Below are positions 13,501 to 24,238 of a stretch of DNA of 64,000 nt, piece after piece (within the stretch, counting starts at the first letter, position 1; each line of letters begins with the position of its first letter). Source of the DNA: Tubulanus polymorphus (lineage: Eukaryota; Animalia; Nemertea); the NCBI RefSeq assembly GCF_964204645.1, contig NC_134029.1:14564950-14628949 (forward strand), read 5' to 3'. Both the position numbers and the translations under genes were made by a program. The notes beneath the pieces are model-generated. The model searched no databases. It saw only the letters and a program-made list of their open reading frames with translations, and was not told the origin of the DNA.

Positions 13501-14605
13501 TTTCTTTCTTAATTTACATTTGAATTGGATGGTCATCTTGCGTAGGAGTCAGTTTGTCATCGAAGCAATACAGTCTAACTTGTTGACGTCTCAGATGCAG
13601 CGGGACAGGGCGGTCATTATATTGTGGACTTATCCAAATTACACTTACACAGCCCAACGTGTTTCAGTGTGTAAACTCCGTCGTACTCGGCATTATAAGA
13701 CAGTGAGGAATTGAGTTTTAGTCACCTGAGCCCTCGGCTTGATTCGACCAAAAAGACCTTAACTGACTTCACAGAATTTGATTATGAGTCAAGGATTTTC
13801 TAATTTTCTGAATGCTTTCTCCGGTTTTAAGATCAATTCAAATTCAATCTTCAAAATATTTTATTGAAAGAAATTCTACTGAAGACAGATTTTGAAATGA
13901 AGGATATATCCAGGCAAATAATTATAGCAAAATCAACTGATGATCTTCGGCTAATTTGTCTACCCCTGATGATTGAAGCATTTTGGTTACTCGTGCCAAT
14001 TAGTCAGCCACAGTCGATTTTCATGCCATCTGACCTCTTTCCATCTGTAATTAAGCAATCAAATGTAAGAATTACTTAGGTAAGGAGTGAAATAATATAT
14101 AGATATCTTAGGAGACTATTTGAAATCATGAGTTTGTTGTGAAAATCTATTACTACAGTTTCGTAGAGCATAGACACCAAGCCACGTGGCATTGGTATTT
14201 TAGGGGCTATTCAGTTTACTCCAAAAGAAGTCAATGATTAACATTAAAAAAGCTTCATATCAAGGGTATGTTGCAGGACTCGTGACGCCCATGAATTATC
14301 ATCCCATAATTACAATGAATCCAATTATGCATGTACGTTAGCACGACTGATTACTAATCCAAATATTGCATTACAAAAAAAAAATTACGCAAAAACGTCA
14401 AGTACTTACAGCATCTGAGACAGTTGCGCTTAAGTTAGCCTGTTAAGTTACGTCTTTGGATGTCAATGTTGAAAAAGCCTAATTTTAAACATACCCACCA
14501 CAATCATAGAACATGTGAGCAGCTATGGTTTTGTAATTGATTGTGATAACAAAATATGCCTCGTTACCAATTTAATATGGATATACTAAGTTATTCTACT
14601 AAATA

Positions 14606-16285
14606 TAAAACCAAAATAATGAATTGTCACGGGCGACAAAACCAAAAAGAAGAATTGTCGTGGGTGACAAAACCAAAATAATGAATTGTCGCTGGAGATA
14701 AAACCAAAATATTGAATTGTCGCGGGCGACAAAACCAGACTAATGAATTGTCGCGGGCGACAAAACCAAAAAAAGAATTGTCGGGGCGACAAAACCAAAA
14801 TAATGAATTGTCGCGGGCGATAAAACCAAAATAATGAATTGTCGCGGGCGATAAAACCAAAATAATGAATTGTCGCGGGTGACAAAACCAAAATGGTGAA
14901 TTGTCGCAGACGACAAAACCAAAATGATGAATTGTCGCGGGCGACAAAACCAAAAAGAAGAATTGTCGCGGTCGACAAAACCAAAATAATGAATTGTCGC
15001 TGGCGATAAAACCAAAGTAGTGATTTGTCGCGGGCGATAAAACCAAAATATTGAATTTTCACGGGCGACAAAACCAAAATATTGAATTGTCGCGGGCGAC
15101 AAAACCAAACTAATGAATTGTCGCGGGCGACAAAACCAATAAAAGAATTGTGGGGGCGACAAAACCAAAGTAACGAATTGTCGCGGGCGACAAAACCAAA
15201 ATGGTGAATTGTCGCGGGCGACAAAACCAAAATAATGAATTGTCGCTGGCGATAAAACCAAAGTAGTGATTTGTCACGGGCGATAAAACCAAAATATTGA
15301 ATTTTCGCGGGCGACAAAACCAAACTAATGAATTGCCGCGGGCGACAAAACCAAAAAAAGAATTGTGGGGGCGACAAAACCAAAATAATGAATTGTCGCG
15401 GGCGACAGAACCAAAATGGTGAATTGTCCAGGCGACAAAACCAAAATGGTGAATTGTCGCGGGCGACAAAACCAAAATAATGAATTGTCGCGGGCGATAA
15501 AACCAAAATGATGAATTGTCTCGGGTGACAAAACCAAAATAATGAATTGTCGCCGGCGATAAAACCAAAATAATGAATTATCGCGGGCGATAAAATCAAA
15601 ATATTGAATTGTTGCGGGCGATTAAATTAAAATAATGAATTGTCGCGGGCAACAAAACCAAAATATTGAATTGTCGCGGGCGACAAAACCAAAAAAAGAA
15701 TTGTCGCGGGCGACTAAAACAAAATATAAAACCAAAATAATGAATTGTCGCGGGCGACAAAACCAAAAAGAAGAATTGTCGCGGGCGATATAACCAAAAT
15801 AATGAATTGTCGCGGGCGATAAAACCTAAATAATGAATTGTCGCGGGTGACAAAACCAAAATAATGAATTGTCGCGGGCGACAAAACCAAAATGGTGAAT
15901 TGTCGCGGGCGACAAAACCAAAATGTTGAATTGTCGCGGGCGATAAAACCAAAATTTTGAATTGTCGCGGGCGATAAAACCAAAATACAAAAAAAAAATT
16001 GTCGCGGGCGACAAAAACAAAATATAAAACCAAAATAATGAATTGTCGCGGGCGACAAAACCAAAAAGAAGAATTGTTGCAGGCGACAAAACCAAAATAA
16101 TGAATTGTCGCTGGCGATAAAACCAAAGTATTGAATTGTCGTGGGCGATAAAACCAAAATATTGAATTTTCGCGGGCGACAAAACCAAAATAATGAATTG
16201 TCGCGGGCGATAAAACCAAAATATTGAATTGTCGCGTGTGACAAAACCAAAATAATGAATTGTCGCGGGCGACAAAATCAAAATC
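14606..16285. repeat. ~31-bp tandem satellite (AAAACCAAAATAATGAATTGTCGCGGGCGAC), roughly 50-55 units
   Basis: Directly visible tandem array; it explains the stacked repetitive minus-strand ORFs. Confidence 0.97.
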
Positions 16286-16379
16286 ATTGTTTTCTCGCGT
16301 TATTTTAGTTTTGTCGTTTTGTCGTAATGTCGCCCTCATTTGCATATTCGTGTTTTTTTAAATCTTATCAGCCACCATA

Positions 16380-17873
16380 CTAAAGCCTTAAGGTCGCGTA
16401 AAACTCGATAAACACTTCAAGCGACACAGCGAACGATCTCCTTTCCCCCACAGCCAACGCTTAACCTAGTAGAGGCTACTAGCCTATGTAGGCCTATGTA
16501 TATGCAGGGAAGTGTGATGATCATCACACTTCCCTGGTATATGCGTAGGCCTAACATCCGGACAGATTGGTCGTAGGCCTATTGAATAACAACCCACCTA
16601 GATATCGTAAATTTTGTTTTGAAGTTCAATCCAATGAGTCCGTTAATAAACGCAACAATTATACTGTGTTTGTTTGTTTGTTTGAGTAAAGCTCAGTACC
16701 GGTAGGCCTAAAGCCGCGTCAAACTCGATAAACACTTCAAGCGACACAGCGAACGATCCCTTTACCCCACAGCGAACGCTTACTCCGAATGTCAAGTGTG
16801 AGTCCAGCATACGGAAAGGATTGTGTTATATACTTGTATTTAGTAAATACCTTGTGGATTTGACAATGATCGGTATGTACTGTAGGAAATAGGCCTATAG
16901 AGTATTGATAAATGGTTGAAGCCCGCGGCCGAATAAAGTAATATATTCTTTTATTTTGATACCTCGTCGACATAACAGCTTTTCTCCGCCATATCTCTTC
17001 GGCCTGTTTAGTTTAGGCCTACGATTCCCCGGTACACTAAAGATTTATCTTAGTAAATACACGGTTAATTCGGTAAAGAAAAATTGGTATTGTTAAACGA
17101 ACTCCTTGAAACCCGCAGCCAAATCACTGGTAGTAATAAATTAATTTGTCCTCGATTTGATTCTCATGATGAGGAGAAACTCGCAGCTCATCCCCGGAAC
17201 GTCGATGTAGTAACACACGTCGATTCGTCGATGTTTACGGCTCGACAGTGCTTTTAAAATCTAAAGCAGTAAATTTCCAGTGTATCGGTAATATGATTTG
17301 ATGAGGAAAATGGGCTATTGTTAAAATCACTGTTTGAAGACCGCGACTGAATGTGAAGTCTGCGGCAATAAATTAGTTCATTTATACTTGAATTGATAAT
17401 CGAAGTGACAGTCGGCCTGCGGGTTGATTTCGGGATGACGACTCGAAAAAAATGTCGCCCCATTGAATGGGGCTCAATTTTCGATGTTTACAGCCCGACA
17501 GCGCTTTTGTAACGACGATTCGTGAAAAAACACGCGGGCTATTTGTAGATCTCAGTGAGCTGAACGATATTATATGGATTGTGTATGAAACAGCGGTAAG
17601 GTAACAAAGCCTATGTTCTTTTGGTAAAAATAGTGTGGAAAATAATAATAATAATAATCACGCGGATATCAATAGGGTTTTCTGTGAAATAACAGAAAAC
17701 CCTAATAATAAGAAACACGCGAATCTCAATAGGGTTTTCTGTGATGTAACAGAAAACCCTAATAATAATAAGAAACACGCGAATCTCAATAGGGTTTTCT
17801 GTGATGTAACAAAAAACCCTAATAATCACGCGGATATCAATAGGGTTTTCTGTGAAATAACAGAAAACCCTAA
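16380..17873 (-). mobile_element. Family B element with tandemly amplified hairpin end
   Basis: Homologous to 4157-5341; ends in four AGGGTTTTCTGT-N6-ACAGAAAACCCT hairpin units next to (AAT)n. Confidence 0.75.
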
Positions 17874-18291
17874 TTAGTAAATCTATATGCTACAAATATA
17901 ACAATAACTGTTCCACCTAAAATCCATATTATTTCATATTTCTGTTGTTCTTTACTCGGGGTATAATAATCTGATAATTTAGGTTTGTATGGATGTAATT
18001 TTTCTTTATTGGTTACCGCGTTATATAAACTCATTGCATCATCAACTGATTGAAAATCTCTATGTGAAATCTTCTGATCATATAATTCCTTGTTAATATA
18101 ATCCATATAGTTTTGCCTCTTTTCTCTATATTCTTCTGCTGCTTTATTATATTTCTCTAATGCTAAATTATGTCTTCTTTGTTCTCCTAATGAACAATTT
18201 TATCAATATGCTTAAATAAATAACCACCACCAGTAAATGCTAAAGCGTTAACAATTGCCGATCCTATAATAGTTATAATTGCAGAAGCCAT
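17870..18291 (-). pseudogene. Small Polinton-associated protein with hydrophobic N- and C-termini (one frameshift near 18195)
   Basis: MASAIITIIGSAIVNALAFTGGGYLFKH...EQRRHNLALEKYNKAAEEYREKRQNY joins the 78-aa ORF MDYINKELY...IIWILGGTVIVIFVAY. Confidence 0.7.
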
Positions 18292-18315
18292 TTATTTAGT
18301 AAAATAATTACGCAT

Positions 18316-18537
18316 TTATATGGGAGGAATATATTTTTGTTTTTCCAAATAATCAATAGTTAAATTAGATAAAGTAACTGCTAATGTTAATTTTAAGATA
18401 TCATTTATATCAAATCTATCAACATTAACACTTCCCATTTTGAATACTTTTTTTAATACCATTGAATAACCAACAGTTCCAACTGATAGTAATGCGCCAT
18501 TATATAATCCAGTTATTATCCACTTATTATCACTCAT
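18316..18537 (-). CDS. Small hydrophobic Polinton-associated protein (73 aa)
   Basis: Intact ORF with TAAATG start and two hydrophobic segments; packed head-to-tail with its neighbours. Confidence 0.7.
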   Translation of the reverse strand: MSDNKWIITGLYNGALLSVGTVGYSMVLKKVFKMGSVNVDRFDINDILKLTLAVTLSNLTIDYLEKQKYIPPI

Positions 18538-18540
18538 TTA

Positions 18541-18894
18541 TTAATCAAAAAAATAACTATCTTCAAAATATTTAGTTATCTTAGTGATGATTAATTCAAC
18601 ATTAATTTCATTATTAGTTTCATTTGTATACATTTCAATTATTATTTTTTTAATATCATCGATGATAAAATCTTCATCTAATTCATAAAATCTTAAAGAT
18701 TCTCTAATTAAATTAGTAATCTTTTCTACATTTAAAGTTTCTTTATCTATTGTTTTTTCATACTTAAATGTTGTTTCATTAGAAAATGCAATATTTTTGA
18801 TTTGTGTAATTACATCATTAATGTTAAATTTCATTTCTTTCTCACGTTTAAAATCAAACCCAAAACATATACTCGGTCCAACAGTTATATTCAT
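18541..18894 (-). CDS. Hypothetical acidic protein (117 aa)
   Basis: Intact ORF preceded by GTAATTTTTT..TAAATG; no recognisable motif. Confidence 0.6.
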   Translation of the reverse strand: MNITVGPSICFGFDFKREKEMKFNINDVITQIKNIAFSNETTFKYEKTIDKETLNVEKITNLIRESLRFYELDEDFIIDDIKKIIIEMYTNETNNEINVELIITKITKYFEDSYFFD

Positions 18895-18910
18895 TTATAT
18901 AATGAAAAAA

Positions 18911-19703
18911 TTACTCTTTACATCTTATAACTAATTCATAAATTACAGGAAAGTTATTCAAATCAATTAAATATCCATTATGATTTCTTATTCCTAATTT
19001 AAAATTATTGAAATGTGGAATACAAGGTTTTAAAATCACATTCAGCTAAATTATAATTTATTTGCGTTCCAAATTGTTTAACGTTCTTCAATGGTAAAAT
19101 ATTTAATATACTAGAATTACATGTTGTATCTTTAGTTGCTTCAAATGTTTTTGTAGGATCGATTAAATTGCAATAAATATAAAAGTGTGTAAAAGGTATT
19201 ATATTTGAATTACCGTATGTGTTTCCAACAATAAGTTTATTTGGAAGAATTCCTAACAGTTTAGCAAAAGGTTTTTTTACCGCGTAAGCATGTTTGTTTG
19301 AATGAAAATGATTATGATTACCAATATTTTCATCAACAAACTTTATCTTAATTTTATTAGAGCTCTCACTTTTTATAAATTTAATATTAAATCTAGAATC
19401 ACTACCTAACACAATCCGAGCTTTTCTATTAATTTCTTGCTCTAATGTTTCTAAATTATATAATCCTGGTGTTAGATAAAGTTTAATCCATTTATCACTA
19501 ATTTTATCAAAAATAAAAAGGATTCTATGTTCATCAGTTTTATCTGATATATTGTAAAATGAGTTACATAAACTTATATTTACTAATTTTAAATCAACAC
19601 AATTGTTAAATTCTCTATCTAATTGAACTAGTAAATTATGTGATTTATAATTTGTAAGTTTTCTAGAATCAACAAATATTCTGTATTCTTTTAATTCACC
19701 CAT
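18911..19703 (-). pseudogene. Minor capsid (penton/single jelly-roll)-like protein, frameshift near 19010
   Basis: IFVDSR...LKLVNISLCNSFYNIS...LTPGLYNLETLEQEIN...LLGI...FYIYCNLI...ILNILPL; continues in another frame as FKLGIRNHNGYLIDLNNFPVIYELVIRCKE*. Confidence 0.7.
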
Positions 19704-19761
19704 TATTTATAACACAAAAAAATTACCTCTCATCACCACTAGTAATTTTTTTCCTTAATAA

Positions 19762-21087
19762 ATGGATGAGAAGATAGGATGTGAAATTTGTGGTGAACTT
19801 CTAAGAAAAAGTAATATGGCTCGACATATGAAAAAACATGATGAAAATTATAAACCCCCTAAACTAAACTGCCCAAAATGTAATAAATTATTCACAAGAA
19901 ATTATGTTAAAAAACATTCAGAGAAGTGTAAAATTAATGGCGCAACGGCTAATGTTGATAGTAACGAAAGTAATAGTAATTCTGTTGAAGTTGAACCTGA
20001 AATTATTTGGAAAAGACCTTTCTTATTCTATGATAAGGATAATATAAAAGATCATTTCTGTGAGCCTTGTCGAATAAAATATAGCCCTGAAAATATAGAA
20101 GATTGGGAGAATCATCAATTTCGTAAAGCACATATAGATAAAATTTCTAATAAATTTGAAACTGAATTCAATTAAAGAAAAAATAGTTTATTAGAAAAAA
20201 TAAGATATGAGAAAACGTTACCAGATTATAAAGAAACAGTTGAAAAGTTAGAAAAACAATATAATGAATTAACAAGAAAAACATATTATTGTAAATATTG
20301 TAAATTGATTATTACAACAAGTAATTCAAATCTACATAATAGAACAATAAAACATAAAGAAAACGTAAGAAAATACCAAGAGCTTAATGAAGATCTATTA
20401 CCAAGAAATTATAAACAAAAATGCCCACAATGTAATTACGCGACCTTAAGACAAGAAGGTACTGTGTTATTTTGTGTTGATTGTGGATGGCAAAAGAATT
20501 TATGGGGTGAAGAAAAAACTAGAAATTTTCTCATAGATCCAAAATTAAATTATCTAGATGAAATTTTTGAAATATTTTCTATAGAAGATCATACACCAGA
20601 ATATATGCAATGGCTTGAAAAAATGAAAATAATAGAAAATAAAAATGGTGAAATAACTAAAAAAGATATTATAAAAACAATTATTCCGTCAACATTTAAC
20701 ACAAAACAAAAGAAAATGTATTTATATTTATTATTCAACGATTATTATGAAAAACCTAAATTAACAGAAGAAGATATGGAAAATATAGAAAAAATATTTA
20801 AACAAATATTAATGTATCATTTGAAAAATAGAATAACAGATTCAATAAATTATGAATTCTTTTTAAATAAGATTGTAAATTATTTAAACATCGATATTAT
20901 GATTCCATTTGATGAATTAACGAACAAAAAGAAACAAAGAGAGCGAGATGAAATGTGGAATAATATAGAACTTTATTTAAATGAGAAAAATGAAATGGAA
21001 GAACCTAAACAAATTAAACAAGAACAATTAAATGAAAAAGAAGAAACCAATAGTGATTTAGAGTTTGATGATATTGATCCATTTTAA
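19762..21087 (+). pseudogene. Multi-C2H2 zinc-finger protein fused to a poxvirus VLTF3 (A2-like) late transcription factor domain; single in-frame TAA at 20173-20175
   Basis: ORFs 19762 and 20305 are in the same frame. Four C2H2-like fingers, then CPQC..G.VLFCVDCG and PKLTEEDMENIEKIFKQI...INYEFFLNKI...KKQRERDEMWNNIELYL, following the VLTF3 pattern. Confidence 0.65.
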
Positions 21088-21539
21088 TAACCATAAGGTA
21101 ATGTTTTTATACCATCATCTGAAATATGTCTTTTATCATCAAATGGATTTAAACTAGTTTTTTCAACTTCATTAATGTACATCTCGTGATCTTCTGATCT
21201 TAAACAATTCATTTTATGTTTCATTACAATTGAGTTATATAAACACTTTATATAATCTTGGAATTCTATATGTTTATCAACCACATGTTTTGTTATTCCT
21301 TTTAACTTTTTAGCTTCATGATCTTTTGTTCTGTAACTATACATTTTACTTCTTATCCCAACAAATTCAATCATTTCATCACCCCCTAATTCATGTTTAA
21401 ACTTACCAGGAATCTTTTTATTATCATTGCTAAATAGTTCATGATCTTTGGGATAATTGCTAAAATCAAAATGATGTTTTAATGTTTTTAAGTCTTTTGT
21501 TATGTCATTTGTCTTGATTTTTAGTATGTAGGCGTCAGT

Positions 21540-22604
21540 ATTGACTGCTATTGATGGAAATCCACAGTTAAATGTACCATCTTCAGTTGATTAATCATAA
21601 ACATAATCTGTTGGGTTATATATTTCAAATAAATCCTTAACTTCTTCTGTTAACTCATTTTCTACATGGCTTAAATTAAAGCAATTTGGTTTAGATTTAA
21701 TCAATCCAATATTCATATTAAAACCTAATGAATTGCATAACATATTCAATCCTGATATAGCAACTTTTCCTTTTTGAGCTAAAGATATTGTTTTGCGGTT
21801 TTTGAAACTTTTAGTACCATCTGCTGCGTAGAATCCAATGAAGAACCATTTTCTTAATTTATTTTTTGCATTTAATACATAATCTGGAACAATCTTTTCT
21901 TTAGTTGAAGTATTACTTTTCACTATTGCATGAATATAGAATTCGTCATTATATTTTATAGCAAAATCTTTAGGATTATTCACATGTATTCTATAACATT
22001 GCGATGATTTCATAACATCTATGATTTTGAATGTTTTATGTGAATAAACTTCTTCACAGAATTTCTTTATTCTTTCTAATAATTTCAAATCTTGATTGCA
22101 TAAAAACCAGCAATATTGAGTGCGATTAACATAATTATACACACCTGCTGAACCATCTCCCATGAAAAATCCTTTGATAAAATATTATTTTTCTTCTAAT
22201 GTTTCGGGTTCTATGTTATAAATATTATCAATTATTTAATCAGATGACATATGATTCATTCTTTGGAAAAATCTTTTATGTAATAATTCATCTCCAATTT
22301 TTATATCAGTTGGTTTTATTTCATCGCCATTTCGTTTAATTAAACTATGATCTTCTGTAACATCTACAAACCCTAATTTAGTTCTAACTCTATAGATTTT
22401 CTTATTTGTTTTATGCCTAATAATATTCTTTAATTTTTTCCATCCATTTCTTGTCCAAACATCCATTAATCCATTTATTTGTATTAATTCTTTTTCACCA
22501 TATGAAATATAACATTCATTTTGTTTTGGAATTATTTCTGAAATTCTTCTTATCAATATTTTATCATTACATTTTAATAATATTGGGGTGTCAGCTGTTA
22601 CAGA
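21540..22604 (-). mobile_element. Intein with LAGLIDADG homing endonuclease in pPolB motif C (355 codons, three in-frame TAA)
   Basis: Block A SVTADTPI, block B VDVTEDHSL, LAGLIDADG motifs FIKGFFMGDG and FFIGFYAADG, block F YVYD*STEDGTF, terminal Asn followed by +1 Thr. Removal restores ILYFDTDAYIL in frame. Confidence 0.95.
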
Positions 22605-23619
22605 ATCAAAATATAATATTTCAATATGCTTTTCCCCAAAAAGTGGTTGTAAAACATTATAATAAAAATCATATATTAATAATTTTGATACTTCTAAAAC
22701 AGTTGAACCAATGAATATAGGTTTATTAAATTTCATTGACGTTCTTTTTAATTTAACTGCTGTTAAATAATCTTCAAATCTTTTATTTCCTAAATGTCTA
22801 GGACTTGATTGTAAATGTCTTAATCGTTCAGAATTATTTACTAATTCAATATCATTTCTATTTCTAATATTTTCACATGTTTTACCATAAAAACTATTAT
22901 TCATTGATTTGAAGAAATCTTTTTCAAAATCTGTTTTTGATATGGATCTCTGTTGAGTATTAAAATCTATATATTTTTCTAACCACTTCGATTGATTAAA
23001 TTCAATATATCTATGTACTTTCTTTAATTTCATTCCTTGTTTTAGATAAAATTTCAACATTCTATAATGAACGATATAATTGTATTTATTATTTTGAGTA
23101 AGTATTAATTTTTCTGTAAAAACATGATCTTTCGGTTTTATTTTCTTCTGGTATTCACTTAAATAACTATCATCTACAGTTAAATGTTCTGGGCAATAAG
23201 GTAAGTTTCTTGTTTTAAACTTTATATTTTCAGGATATTCTAAATCAACTACAAAGAAATAACCAATAGGTGCTTCATCTTCTAAACTCATAATTGCGCT
23301 TTCCCAATTAGTTTTATCATCATTTTCAACTTCTGTTAATATCAAATTTTTATATGGTTGAGGTTGCATCATTGCCCAACCATATAAATTATTGGCGTCA
23401 ATATATAATAATTTATATTCGTCATTTGCTTTAAAATACCCCATAATACCCCATATCTCCCATAACACCACTAATTCCACCTCTAATTGATTTTTCAAAT
23501 AATAAAACCATATCTGGTTCTTTTAATAAACCTAATTCTACATTTGTATATTTTAAACCACATTGCCAGGTTAAACCAGGACTAGAGTAGCAATAACAAG
23601 GATCAACATTAAAACTCTT

Positions 23620-24238
23620 TCCATGCTAACTGTGACCGGACGACACAGTCTCCAGAACGCTTTGTTTTTGCGCGGTGTGGCGCCACGTCACAGGTGTTTG
23701 ACCTACTTATCCCCTTACTGCCTAAATGGCAATGTATAAAGCTTATACGGCTTGTATGTATGCCTGGTAGTCCTGGCAACCCCAGGGACTTGTTTTTGTT
23801 CGAGTTCGCTGGCGGGTGTATGAATAAAATCTATGTAGGTCACGAAAATCAATAACGGTGAATCGATGTCAAGTTGTGTAAACAAAGTAGGGCAAAATTG
23901 AAAGCTTTATAAATAGACACAGCGGCTGGTATACGGTGTCTATACATGACGCAGTGGATATAATGAAGATATATAGAGAGAATATGAAGCTGCAGTTAGG
24001 GGTAGGGGTACCCGAATGACCCGAAAGTAGGTCGAATTTTTTTTTTGGACATTTTGGGGGCCCCTAACGACCCCAGAATAGCTAGATCATCAGAAACAAG
24101 CTGAATCATCATATTTTAGTGTAGGGAAGCGTATTAGACCGTCTAGAAGTTTGAGAACCCAATATTTTTTGAAAAAATTTTTTTTTCAAAATAAAGTTAG
24201 CAAAATCTCAGGATCTGGTTTTTAGAGAAGTCGCATGA
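23620..24238. mobile_element. ~620-bp non-autonomous insertion in pPolB
   Basis: Removing it rejoins FREVNL/KSFNVDPCYCYSSPGLTW; ends TCCATGC...GCATGA with TT on both sides. Confidence 0.8.

Noticed and set aside
14586-16345. Eight long overlapping minus-strand ORFs
   Set aside because: Artefacts of a stop-poor 31-bp satellite; the peptides are pure repeats.
17654-17873. CRISPR-like palindromic repeats with spacers
   Set aside because: Linkers are themselves repeated (A-B-B-A), no cas genes, eukaryotic context.
20173-22238. TAA reassignment or readthrough explaining four in-frame TAA codons in viral genes
   Set aside because: Genuine gene ends also use TAA, and frameshifts plus an insertion show ordinary pseudogenisation in AT-rich DNA.
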